NCBI GenBank assembly: GCA_003427395.1
Contig: BFEA01000044.1
Location: 3,790,810 to 3,832,335, forward strand
Direction of reading: 5' to 3'
DNA: 41,526 nt
Source of the DNA: Chara braunii
Taxonomy: Eukaryota > Plantae > Charophyceae
Shown here: piece after piece, positions 23,629-36,229 of the stretch
Layout of the letters: each line of letters starts with the position of its first letter
Position numbering within the stretch: position 1 is the first letter of the stretch
Position numbers and translations under genes: made by a program
The notes under the pieces: model-generated
What the model was told of the DNA's origin: nothing
What the model saw: the letters and a program-made list of their open reading frames with translations, nothing else
The model's database searches: none

Positions 23629-24079
23629 GGACGTGCGTGGCCTGCGGTCGACACTCTGTAGCTGAAGTGATGATGCGCACGAGAAAAGGGTAGAGAGTGT
23701 GTGGACGCGCGAGTTTAAGGATTGGGTGATTTTTATCGCGTACCGACGGTCAGTATCCGTGATTAAAAAGTTTTTATTTTGATTAAAATAAAACTGCTAT
23801 AGTAGATCAAGAAGAAATGATGGGATTTTGCGCCGTTACCCCGAAACTGCCGCGGGTGCAACTGTGGGGTTCGACGTAACTCGGTGAATCACGGCAGGGA
23901 GTCAGCGCATGGCCACGGGCGGGGCGATATCGATCCTCACCATAGCCGAGTCGTCAAGGCGCAGCGAAAGCCTGCTAGGCGTGAGGAAGTGGGGGCCGAA
24001 CAAGGCGAATCGGCCATGCGCGAGCTTGAGAAGGAAGCAAGCAACATGCGAGTGCCACGGAGATTCGCAAAAGGATTGA

Positions 24080-24690
24080 GTGTGAAGTTAGGCCTGAAGA
24101 GGAACATCGGCGACAATGACAAGTGGGGCATGCTCGATAGAGATTCACAAACGGACTGAGCATGAAGTTAGGTCCGAAAAGGAACATCGGCGACAGTGAC
24201 AAGCGGGGCAGGCTCGAAGACAATGAGCTGGGGGAGGTAAGCAAATAGCGACGCTAAGACCAGGGAAGAAAGAGGGGTGAGCGAAGTGACGAGGGGAGCT
24301 ACGGGGAGTGTGTCTAGGAAGGTAGGTGCAAATCGGTGAATTGTGTCCAGGAGTCGGCACGTGGTAGTGGGCGGGGCGGAGCGTTCGCGACAGAGAGTGG
24401 CAGGCCATATTCGACGACAACGATCCAGGGGAGGTAAGCAGTCAGCGACGCGAGACCAGGAAAGAAAGAGGGGGAGGGGAGCCACAGGGAGTGTGTCTGT
24501 ACGGGAGGAAGGTAGGTGTACTCGGAAAGAGAGAGGGCTTTTGCATCGGAGGGAGGGGGGGTACGGGAAGTGTGCAGAGAGAGAACGAGTGGCGAGATAG
24601 GCGAGGGGGAAAGGAAAGTAACGACACAGCGACACGAGACCTGGGAAGAAAGAGGGGGTTGCTTCGTGGGGAGGGGAGCTGAGGGAAGAG
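24080..24690. repeat. Purine-rich degenerate tandem units
   Basis: TGAAGTTAGG.C.GAA.AGGAACATCGGCGACA.TGACAAG twice. AGCGAC.C..AGACC.GG.AAGAAAGAGGGG three times. Confidence 0.75.
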
Positions 24691-25414
24691 AGAGGGGTTT
24701 GCCTCGGGAGAGGGGTTACCGAAAGAGTGTAGAAATGGAGGGAGCAGCAAGATAGGCAAGGAGGAACATCATCGGTGACGATCGACGGCACTGAAGGCAA
24801 GGGTGAAGAAGAGGTGGGGGCAACGGACACACACAGGGGTAAGTGGATACAGTCGGTGTGGCAACATCGAGGGGTCAAGTGTTCTCGAGAACTTGAGGGA
24901 AAAGGTGGAAGGGGAAGCATTGACGAAGCGGATGACCAAGCAAGTGGGTATGTCTTCCCTCTTCCCGCATCAATAACTTTGAGGTAAGTTGGCCATCCCC
25001 CTCCTCTTTCTCGTGTGGAGACAGCGCGGCGGAACGAAGTCCGCCGACCGGGGTCCGGGTAAAGGAGTGTCGGGTGCGAGTGTGGAGGGGGAAGAAAGGT
25101 TGGTAACACGGCATCCCACCCCGCCCCGGCTAGTCCCTGGCATTTTGGATTACCTAACTCAACTAACAATAACCAAAAATCAAACTAAAAACAATCAAAA
25201 TACAGCAAAAAAGGAAATGATAAGAGAAGTACTAAGCAACCAAAACAAAGATTGTCCCATGAGCGTAATAAAAACGGTTGGGTAAGCAGTATTATCATGA
25301 GGATGATAAACAGGATGCAAAAGCACACAAGCGGTTACACTCAATGCCTTTTCACAGTGGTGCAATAAGACATCTGGCTGACCAGCATGGTCCCAACAGA
25401 GTCAATCCCCGCAG

Positions 25415-28400
25415 GTGTCTAACCCCAACCTCGTCGTATCGACACAAGATGGTAATGAAGAGGAACTGCATCAATGGGAGGAAGACATGGGGTTATTGAT
25501 AGATGAAGAGAAAGAAATGGAATTACACCCAAAAAAGGAACACAGGGGAAAAATGCCCCCACCTGCGCAGGACCCGGGCAATCACCCAGAACAACCCTCC
25601 TGGGTTGACAGACTGAAGAACCCATCTAAGGGCCAAACGCTCACAACCCACCGGGGACAGGGGGGCGCACAAACTAGGAAGCTAGACATTCCATTAGACG
25701 GGTTACCACCAGCTCAGGCGTTCTTCATGTAAAAAATCCAGCTCCCTTCTGAAATGAGGGTGGTGATGCGAGGAGGGAAGCAGATAATGGTCAAAGCATA
25801 CCACAATAATGGGGTTGCAAACACGTGAACAACAGGGTGTTCCACGACGACGCTGCATTTAAATCGGTCAACGAGAAAGTCAAATGGATTGGTCGTCGAC
25901 TGGAAATCTTGAAAGGAAGCGTCGATCTGGCTAGGGATCAGTTTTTAATACAGCCAGTCTCAAACACCCTTTTCACGGTCCTGTGCATGCATGAAGCAGA
26001 CAAGGTTGTGATCGAAAACGGGCAGCATTTGCGATGCGAACGGTTGGAGGTACGGATCCACCCGTGGGTGCCACGGCGTTGGCTGGGACCGGAGGGAAGG
26101 AGAGCGCAACTGATGCACGACTGCTACTGGGTGGAATTTCGCCACATCCCGGTCGAAATCCAAGCGGCCTTCGTTTATGATTTTGGAATGGTGTATGACA
26201 TTGTGGCTTTTAGTGATCCCCTTCCCTTGTTTGTTGCAAAAAGGGACGATTACTTTGTTGGCCCTCGACTTCCCCCCCTGCCAGCCCTTTTCCCTTGACG
26301 ACGTGATTCCGTACTGAGTAGGGGGAAAGGAATACATGATCCACATTGCGCACAAGATGCAGCCATGGTGTCACAAATGCAGAGCATATGGAAACCTCAT
26401 CACGGAATACACCTGCCCGCTGCATCCACAGAAGAGGACCCGAACATCTGAGAGACTATTAAGGGACCCGAACAAAGTAACCGACTGGCGTGCTGTGGAC
26501 CCGGGGCACGAAGGATGGGTATACGTAGAGGATCGAACGAAAGAGGGCGCTCCGAGGAGGTGGGTTTGGGAAAAAACAAGGGAACCGGAATGGGAGACAC
26601 GCCCCCAAAACACGTGGACCCCCCCAACGCCTGGAGGAGAAGGTGCAAGGAACACAGGCAACCCCCCCACATGAAAGTCGGAAAAATCTGGGTTGGACAA
26701 CGGTGGGGAGGAAAGGGGGAAAATAAATCTGGATCCCGAAGAAGCAGGAGGAGTCCGGTGAGTGCAACTGATGCACGATTGCTACTGGGTGGAATTTCGC
26801 CATATCCCGGTCGAAATCCAAGCGGCCTTTGTTTATGATTTCGGAATGGTGTATGACATTGTGGCTTTTATTGATCCCCTTCCCTCGTTTGTTGCAAAAA
26901 GGGACAATTACTTTGCTGGCCCTCGACTTCCCCCCGGGCCAGCCCTTTTCCCTTGACGGCGTGATTCCGTACTGAGTAGGGGGAAAGGAATACATGATCC
27001 GCATTGTGAACAAGATGCAGCCATGGTGTCACAAATGCAGAGCATACGGACACCTCATCACGGAATACACTTGCCCGCTGCACCCATAGAAGAGGACCCG
27101 AACATCTGGGAGACTATTAAGGGACCCGAACAAAGTAACCGACTGGCGTGTTGTGGACCCGGGGCACGTAGGATGGGTATACATAGAGGATCGAACGAAA
27201 GAGGGCGCTCCGAGGAGGTGGGTTTGGGAAAAAACAGGGGAACCGGAATGGGAGACACGCCCCCCAAACACGTGGACCCCCCCAGCGCCTGGAGGAGAAG
27301 GTGCAAGGAACACAGGCAGCCCCCCCACATGAAAGTTGGAAAAATCTGGGTTGGACAACGGTGGGGAGGAAAGGGGGAAAATAAATCTGGGTCCCGAAGA
27401 AGCAGGCGGAGTCCGGTGTGGTGCAGACGAACGAGAGTTTTGGAAGGAATCACAGGGGTATTATGGGCCCAGATGCGACGCAATATATCCCAGAAAACAA
27501 TCAAGTGGGGGAAGGAAGTATCCTTGAACGCAGGGACAAGGACGGTTCAACCCCTTCTGGCAGGCTAGTAAGGAGGAGGGACTGGCGGGAAGAGTGAAGA
27601 CGGCTAAGATAAGGAACACAGCACCAGCAGAACCTCCCCCGGCCACCCCCTAGCCAAGTCCCCCAGCGTTGACAGAACCAGGTCAGACCGGAATGCAAAT
27701 GAGTACGAGGGGAATGAGGTGGAATTGGGGAAGCTCGGGGAGTAGAGGTCCAGGCAACAGGAGGGGACTTGGGAGGGATTGTCTCCGAACCAGATTGTGG
27801 ACACCAATCCTTTTCAGGCGGCCTTTGGCCCCGAGCCGATGGATGTGGACCCCCTCCCGGACAGTGCCAGTGCGTCACCTGAAGGGTTGTCTCTCGGCAA
27901 GGGGGAAGATGTAGGGGAGGAGGGGGTTCTGCAGCAGCACATGGTCGGGGAACAAACAACGCTGGTCGCCATCACGGACTGGCTCATAAATAATTTGAAA
28001 GCAAAGTATGGCCCACTCACGGATGACTTTTGGGACAAAACATATTTAGACTTGTTCCCTATGCTGGACACGAGCATCCCACTTAAATGTGTGCTGGAAC
28101 AGGGACTGCGGCCAGGGGTGGGGTGGACGGAAGCATGGCACAAACTTGCTACCATAGTCTTCTCACGCTTTTAGCCACCCCACCCAGCCACTGACGGTGG
28201 GGGGGAGGAGGAAATGGGGCAAAATCTGAACAAGGAAGATGGAGAAGAGGGAGAAATGCAACCGCCCCCGCCCCCCCGCCCCCCCGACCCTGCAACCCTA
28301 GACCCAGAGGAGAATACACCTGGTCCATTAGACTCACCATTGGACTTGGGACGTAGAAAGAAACTCAGACATGTAGTTGAGCTGGGTCAGGACACAGGCC

Positions 28401-28888
28401 AGCTGTCACAAACAACAATGCTTCTGGTTCCCGTACGTAAGGAGGACGGGAAATGGGAAGTGAGTTTGTCCCCGGTCGGGAAAGGCAGGCAAGGAGGTCT
28501 CACGATACAGGGTTTGTCCTCCTTTTGGGCAGACCCGAAGAACTGCCAAATGGAGGCTGCAATAGAAATCTCACAGATGCATCTAGAAACATACATTGCA
28601 AAAACCCTGCCGCCGAGGGCGCAGGCCCTGGCATCTGTGTCATCAGGTCCTAAAAAAATTGCCCTGAGGGACGTATACATCCGGTTTGACTCAGGTAAAG
28701 ATGATGGTCTGAAGTGGCATACCCACTTTCAACTCTTGGAACTGTTGACAGTCAAGGTCAGACCCAATGAGAGCTGGACAGAGCAGGACGTCCAGAGATG
28801 CTTGGGTGTTATTCTCAGGCTGGGCTTATTGGCGGGTGCAACCGGGTGGGACAGGGAACAGTTACCGTGGACCCGTCTAGGGACTTGA
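25415..28888 (+). pseudogene. LINE ORF1 (gag-like, zinc knuckle), frameshifted
   Basis: IHPW...YWVEFRHIPVE motif and WCHKCRAYG(N/H)LITEYTCP knuckle; proline/acid-rich linker; stops and frameshifts; 658-bp internal tandem duplication. Confidence 0.8.
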
Positions 28889-28904
28889 AGACCAGAAGGA
28901 CTGA

Positions 28905-31900
28905 AATGGATCCGATTAAAGCGGTGTACAGAAAGGATCGAATCTGGAATCACTGCCAGCGGGTAGCGGACTTGGATATGCGGTCCCTAAATGTCAATGC
29001 CCTGGCATCCTGCAAAATGGAAAAACAGAATCCAACATGGGATCTGATGAGAGGGGTGGGAGGTAGAAATTGGCTGGATGTGGTATGCATCCAAGAAACA
29101 CATCTAATGGACACCCTGGAACACAACCGCATCCACAAAATGATATCGCCATACAAGGCAGTCAAGGCACACACGCCGAGGCTAGGGAGCGCATGGGTGG
29201 TCATCTGGATCCCCCAGAATCCCGAGCAGACCCGGTTCATTGGGTGGTCGATTAGGAAGGGGGCCGATGGGTGTCGATTTTGGTCGCGCTGGAATTGGAG
29301 ATTGTCTGTATTCTATGCATCTACACCTCGAATACCGTGAGGGAGAGAAGGGAGTTTTTTCGAGAGCCTGAAAGCACAAATCCCGGACGGGGTCCCGGTA
29401 ATTCTAGCGGGAGACTGCAACGCAACCCCGGACCATTGGATGGACAGGTGGAAGCCTCTCTTCTCTGCCCCGACGTATATAGAGGAGGACAAACGAATGA
29501 TAGAGGATTTATGTATCTTACTCAAGGTGTTTGATTCCTTCCGAAAACTTAATCCAGATACCCAATTCTACTCATGTTTAGGTAAAACCAGGACTGACGC
29601 CCAATCGAGGTCAAGAATAGACTTAATTCTTATTTCGGAGGATTTGGGGGGATCATTGTTATTGGCGGCAATCTTACCCGCCAGCCCGCACCCGGGCCTT
29701 GACCGCAAAATGTGTACCATCATTTGGTCATTTTGCAAGAAACCTGATCATGGGTCTGGTTTCTATAAACTCAACGTTTCTATCCTGTAGCAGAAGTCTT
29801 TTGAAAATTACATCAAGGATTGTTGGAAGTATTGGCACACACAAAAACAACACATACCGCATGAAACAAACTGGTTCAACAATGAACTATTGCACCTAGG
29901 TAAAAAATGCCGAGAATACTCAAAATTGTTAGTGGCTCGAAATAATCAACAGGAAATGGAAGCTCATAACCGCCTCCAACAGCTCGAACAACAGGATCCC
30001 CAAAACCCTTAGAATCAAGTGTTTTCGAACAACCAGTCTGAATTACAAGCCCTACGACAACAACTTCAAACCTCCGCAACACAACATTGGGAAGGAACAT
30101 GCATAAGAGGATGACTGACACGTCATGAAATTGAAGGGACAATGGGCAAAAAATTCTTCAGCCTCGCCCGTGCACGTTCACGCAGAACCAAGATAGCAGC
30201 GTTATACGATCCGCAGTCAAGAGGTCAAGACGTGACAACCTCCATACCGCAGTGTATGCAGATTGCGAGATCCTTTTTCAACGACCTGTTCACCTCACGA
30301 TGCGCTAGACGGGAGGGGGTCGCTAAGGAAAAGGAGATAGCTGATTTTCTAGAGCCAATAAGGAAAGCCTTATTGGGCCAGTAAAGGAAGCAATTGGATA
30401 GGCCCCTCTCTAAGGGGGAAATCTGAACGGCCCTGATGCAGATGGATGAGGAAAAAAAAAACAGGTGTGGACGGGTTCCCAAAAGAGTTTTGGGAATCAT
30501 TTTGGACTCTAATGGCCCCGGACCTCATGGGGTTCTACCATCACGTATGGGAAACAGGGCACATGGGGGAGCTGGTAGGGCAGGGGTTCCTCACCTTACT
30601 ACACAAAAAAGGTGATCCGATGGACATCAAAAACTACAGTCTAATAACCTTGCTCACAGTGGTTTACAAAATGCTAGCAAAAATCTTGGCAAACCGCTTG
30701 ATCCAGGTTTTGGAGGACCTCATTCATCCGGCAGAGACTGGGTTTGTCAAGGGACGTAGGATCCACAAATATTTTGCTGGTTAACGAGATCCTCAAGTTA
30801 ACAAGGCAGGACAAGCACAATGTTGTTGTGGTCTTCATAGACTTTGAGAAAGCATATGACCACGTGGACTGGACCTTTCTAGATAGATGTATGCAGAAAA
30901 TGAATATTGGATCGATCTTTCGACGCTGGACGGATATCCTACACCGCAATGCTACTACGAGCGTTTAGGTCAATGGATTAATGACACTTGTAATCTCGCT
31001 GCAACGACCGGTCCGCCAAGGAGACCCCTTGGCTCCCTTTCTGTTCATAATTGTGATGAAGGCATTGACAGTAATCCTCCGTACTAACAAGGATCTTAGA
31101 AAATTACAGATCTTCGCTATTCCTGAGGAGGCGATCCCCGTATGCTCGATGTTTGTGGATGACCTGACGGTTATGGTGGACGCCACCCCCGAGAATATAG
31201 AAGAGATTAAAAAATTGTTGGATCGATTTGTGATAGTCTCAGATATGACTGTCAACTGGGGGAACAAAACACTGGGGCGGTGGATCTATCACCAAGGAGT
31301 GCGTCCGCCGGAAATACCGCGGGTCAAATGGTTACCGAAAAACGCCCCGGTTAGAGTATTAGGTATAATGCTAACGACATCACGGATCGAACGACGAATG
31401 AATCCTCAAACCAGCATTGGAGAAATTGACACGTCGGAATGACAAGCATACATATTTGATGGGTAGGGCACTGACAATCGACAACATAGTACTAGCGGCC
31501 CTCTGGTATAGGTCTGCGCTTTGGACCCTCAGTAAAGAAGCGGTTAGATCACTCAAGAGGCAAATCACCGCCCTGATGTGGAGAAGAAATAGTGAGCTTC
31601 CAAAGTGGCCTAGCCGTCAGTGATCCAGCCAAAGGACAAGGGGGGTTTGGGTATCCTACACCCAGATACCCAGGTGGCTGCGCTGTTGGTACAATGGATC
31701 AGAAGATTGGTATTTACACCAGACCTTCCTTGGTATATCCTTGCACTAGAGAGTTGCTAGACTGGCACCACAAACACCACGAGGTGTGGATCCCCTGACT
31801 TGGTTAGAGGACCGTTATTGGTCCATACCACGGCGCCCTCGGGTTGACAGAGACTCCACCCAGGGTGCAGCGAGGAGTGACCTGGCCAAAGATGACTTTT

Positions 31901-33378
31901 GGCCCTGGGTGCTGAAGGCCTGGCGCCAACCACCGTTGCCAAGAAAAACCTACCGAGTAGATGGGAAGAGGTGACGAGGCAACCCCTCTTTGGCAAAAAA
32001 AATATTACTGATAGAAATGGGAGGGTGCACCGTAGTTCGGACCCCCCATGGAGCATCAAGGTCAGAAACGACATAGTGAGGATCAGAGATATGTGGGACC
32101 TGGCAAGCAGACACTGGAAAACGGTGCCACAGTTGAGGGCCCAGATGAGGTATTGCCATGGTATTGAAAGGAACTTAGAAACATTGATCTTTGTGTTCCT
32201 CTTAACAGGGTGCGTATTCTTTGAAAAGGACCGCAACTGGTGGAAGGAGACGAGGTCGCACTACCGGACGATACGGAGAGCGTTGGTAACGTGGTGGAAG
32301 TGCGGGCAGACAAATCTTTGATCAACCTTTTCCATAAGGGAAAATGTAATGTTCTCACCAGGTACGTTCTGGACGCGGTGAGGTGGTGGAGGAACGAGGA
32401 GTTGCACAAAATTTGAGTATTGAGACATAATGATGAATGGACCGCATTTCTCCCCGGAACACCCCTCACTGAACTCCCCTTCGACTCGGAGGAGTGGCAT
32501 TGGTTGAGTGCACGAAGAACGTCAGCTAACCCAAATATAAAGTTCTCTGGTTTGTCAGTGAAGGTCACTTACCGGCTGTTGCGGCCAAAGGTGGACCTTA
32601 AAGAGATTGTGAAAGTCCGCTGGATAACCCACCTGAACTTAAGACAGGAGACCATCCGCCCTATCCGGTGGTTTTCAAGCATGAGGTCCAAACCAGATAA
32701 ATTCGCCTCGCTGCAGTGGAAAATAGAGCATCGTTGCCTCCCGACAAACAATTGGCTGATAGATCGCACGTACCTAAAACAAAAGGGTTTGGCGCTCCCC
32801 TGGTGTAAATCCTGCCATAACGCCTTCACCTCACGCAGGATCCCGAAAACTATAGAACACATTTTCCTACAATGCCCAGGGGCGGTCCTCACTTGGCATT
32901 GGTGGGACCGGATATGGAGCCTTCTGGGCACTTAATCGGCCTGGTCGTAGGACTGGAGGGCGCTGCTCTAACATAAATAATAAAACAGTATATACAGCAA
33001 GAGCTCCTCTCACGATGGCAGAAGGTCAAGAATCAATTACAGACATATCACTCAAAGAAAGACATCACACAAGCAATTAATCAATTCTCAGGGGACTGGC
33101 TGGGTAACGAAAAAGGGGGTTGGATTGCCTATATTCGATGGGAGGGTGGACAATCCTTGGGGCAGGAGCAGGAAGACTTCAGGAGGGACTACTGCCTCTG
33201 CTTCAAGGAATGGACTAAAGTGGATCAAGGATTGCAGTTGCGCTCACCCTCAGAATTTCCGGACCCATTCCCGCCCCATCAACTGTCTTTGGTGGACATG
33301 CAATGGTGCGGTGCACGCTTGATGCTCTGTTGGACACCGGACAAAGACGACACGGGTGAAGGCAGGTTGATGGAGTGA
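28905..33378 (+). pseudogene. LINE ORF2 (APE endonuclease - reverse transcriptase - CCHC), frameshifted
   Basis: APE: SLNVNAL, DVVCIQETH, ILAGDCN, SRIDLIL. RT: GVDGFPKEF, YKMLAKILANRL, DFEKAYDHVDW, VRQGDPLAPFLF, FVDD. C-terminus: CKSC...TIEHIFLQC. Confidence 0.95.
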
Positions 33379-34389
33379 TGAGAACCTCATAAGAGACTAT
33401 ACTGTTTGCTGCAAGGACTGGACCACCTCGAAGTTCCCTGACCCCTTCCCGCCCCATAGTCTGTTATTGGTGGATCTTCAGTGGTATGGAGCAGAGTGAG
33501 TTGGGGGGTGAGAGTCTACATAGTTACGAAGTTGCAGAGGCTTAATTTTCTGTATCTGAATGGGTGGACGGGGCCTAGGAAGTCTTGCATTTTGGGCGCC
33601 GAGCAGCAAGGCCGAAGAGGTCCCTTTTTCCCCTCTCTCTGGCTGCTCATCTTCCTGCTCAGTCCCCTGTTCTCAGGGCAATCAATGCTGGCAGAAGATG
33701 AGGAAATCTTCAAATGGACCTCAATGGCTTTTGTTAAGGGACGTTGGACCCATTTTCCAACAGGTGTTGCTCCCCACCAACAGTTGGAGCCTTCCCGGGG
33801 GAGATAGAGGTGTCTATTCATACCACCGCCCCTAGCTCCCAAACGGGCAGCTTTGCCAAAAAAAAAAAAAAAAAAAAGGATTAAAGTTTAGTTTTAGTTT
33901 GGCCATGTGTAGGAGCAGGGCGTAGGTAGAACCCGACACCCGCATGGCAAAGGTGTCGGCTTTGGCGGTCGGAAGCCCGACTGGTAGGCCAAGGCATAGC
34001 CTTGGGGCACTTTGGAGAAACCGCGCAGTATGCGGAAACCGTCAGTGTCTGCTGATGCCAGTACCAGCCTTGGGCATAGCACTAGCGGTAAAGGCGTCGG
34101 ACCTCTATGCAGTAGCCTCGGGGATCAAGGCAAAGCAACCGTCGACAAAGGAGCAAAGGAGCAGCACGTGAAGAATCGAGGGGTAGAGGGCCCAACGGGG
34201 CTATCCCCCTTGGTTTTACTGACGATCGCGGCAGTGGGCCTAAACCGCGGTGCCCTCTCTTCCCCGGTTCCCACTTCTATTTTCTCTTTTTGTTTTTATT
34301 TTTATTAATAAACTTGCGATTTTTTTATTAAAGCCCGTTTTGGAAAAATGGTCCCGGTGTCGGTACCAAGACCAGGCCTGAACACCAAC

Positions 34390-34455
34390 GAGCCTAGCTC
34401 AGTTGGTACACCGTACACCCACGAACTTTTGATACAGACCGAGGTTTGAATTCGT
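34390..34455 (+). mobile_element. tRNA-like SINE head / tRNA pseudogene
   Basis: GAGCCTAGCTCAGTTGGTA (A box) ... GGTTTGAATTC (B box). The start resembles the other two SINE heads; no clean cloverleaf. Confidence 0.55.
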
Positions 34456-34536
34456 ATGTAGTCAGGTGACCAGGATAAAGCCATTCAGAATTACATAGGG
34501 GCTGCTAGGTCACGTGAGGCCGCGGCCCATAACCTA

Positions 34537-34625
34537 GTCATTTGGGACACCTGTTAAAATTGGAACGATACATAGGAGATTAGCATGGGCCCTACGCAAG
34601 GATGACACGTATAAATCTGGAGAGA
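34537..34625 (+). pseudogene. U6: U6 snRNA pseudogene (mutated ACAGAGA box, degenerate 3' end)
   Basis: GGGACACCTGTTAAAATTGGAACGATACATAGGAGATTAGCATGGGCCCTACGCAAGGATGACACGTATAAATC; lacks the TGAA insertion. Confidence 0.9.
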
Positions 34626-35289
34626 GCCCGACGACTCGGCGTTTTGCTGTTGTTCTGCTTTCCATGCTATCAGAGTGCGTTGTTGGAATGTGCGGTATTC
34701 AAGGAGTAGCACAATGGAGTCGACGAAGGCAGCAAGGAAGAAGGGAGTTGATCACGAAGAGAAGGAATGGGAGACTAGGAGTATCGAGACAAGGATGGTG
34801 AGGAAGAAAAGGAAGGAGAAGGAGAGTGCTGCTTACCTAGCGGTGAATCTATCGACATTCTAATGCCAAGTTCATCCTCAGTTTGGCGTGTTTTTTTCTC
34901 GAATGTTAGCAGGGAGTTCATCTTTTAATTGCTAGTGTATCTTTCGGAGACCGGGGGCCAAATTTGTTCTCGTTTTGCACATTTGTCGAGTAGCAGAGAG
35001 ACAGTTTATCCTCACACGATCCATCTCATCGGTATCACCGTCATCATTGGCATGCTGCGGTTCGCCATCGGGGTAAAATCCATTGGCAGGTACCGATGAT
35101 TGCATCCAGAAAGGCGCTGCACCTGACCGCTCTTAGCGGTGGGTTCATTCCCATCAAGCAGACAAGCAAAAGGCAGCGTATGGAATTACGATAGTGTATG
35201 CAGCAGGGTGGATTAGAGAGAGAGTAGGAAGACGTGGGGATACACACACATGAGAGAGAGAAAGACAGGAGGAGGGCCGAAGGGCTTAC

Positions 35290-35900
35290 CGTTGGTGTGA
35301 AGAAGTTGCGGGCGAATGTGGTGTATCTCCCCTAGCGTGAAAGTTCATTCCCATGTTCCACACTTGGAGGGTGATGGTCGTGTGCTAATCCGCATCTTCC
35401 TGTTTTGGTCGTACTCTTCGCATCACTGCTCGCAGTGCTCGGTTGTCCTACACCTACTTTCGTCTGTGGTAGAATCGACCAGGTTCCTTGATGATTCAAA
35501 AGGAGGCGAACCACGCGGGGATCAGTGCTTGGAGGAATGAACCAGTGAGTAGCCTGGTGGGGCGTCCCACTGTTGCGGATATATGCGAACAGGCATTGTT
35601 GAGGAAAGGTCTTGCAGAATGTGTCATAGCGATGCTCTGTGTTATATACCCTGCAAATGAGAAGCTCATCTTCTGCATTATAGGAGGGTCTCCATCATTG
35701 ATCCAGCCATCCATCAGGAGCGGCATTGAAATCGCCAACCATTATCGCAGGAATGACCTAAAAAAATTGAATCCTTTCTTGCCCATCGTTTGACGCATAA
35801 ATGTTGATGAGACACAACACCTCTAATTAAAGCATGACTAATGCAGAAACCCATCGTCCTTATAACTGATCTGCAAACCAATGAATGTGATCTACCTCTG
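35290..35900 (-). mobile_element. Decayed L1/Tx1 APE-endonuclease fragment
   Basis: Manual translation gives EVLCLINIYASNDGQERIQFF*VIPAIMVGDFNAAPDGWLD and, further on, FARNFF, parallel to the 29-30 kb ORF2. Confidence 0.85.
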
Positions 35901-36229
35901 CAATTGCATTTAAAAACTTTCGCACGTGGGTTAGTAGCTCGGTAGGGATACGCCCCTAAGGGTGGTGACAACCCCTTAGGGAAGCAAGTTTTGCCCAGTG
36001 AGAACCTATCCTGTCGTGGGGGTCCGCAAGAAGTACCCCTGGCGCACCCGGCTAGAGCGGCGAAGGGACGATGCGACCACGTCCGCCTTGGCGGTTCGCG
36101 GGGTTATCTTGCATCGTTCCTAAGTTATCTCTTTTATTTTTTGTTTAGTTAACTCCTGCGTGACATGGTCGGGAGGGCTCTCGCACTTTGCAAAAAGGCG
36201 GGAGCCGATGCGCTCGACAACGCTATAAT

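Larger units (their letters stand above)
25150..33877 (+). mobile_element. Near full-length, inactivated L1/Tx1-clade non-LTR retrotransposon
   Basis: ORF1-like region, then APE-RT-zinc finger ORF2, 3' UTR and poly(A) at 33858-33877. The 5' boundary is uncertain and no convincing TSD was found. Confidence 0.92.

Noticed and set aside
24168-25169. 333-aa minus-strand ORF
   Set aside because: Pro/Ser/Leu low-complexity shadow of purine-rich repeats; no domain motifs.
25147-33883. GGATTA as target-site duplication of the large LINE
   Set aside because: Only 6 bp and the 5' end is undefined; could easily be chance.
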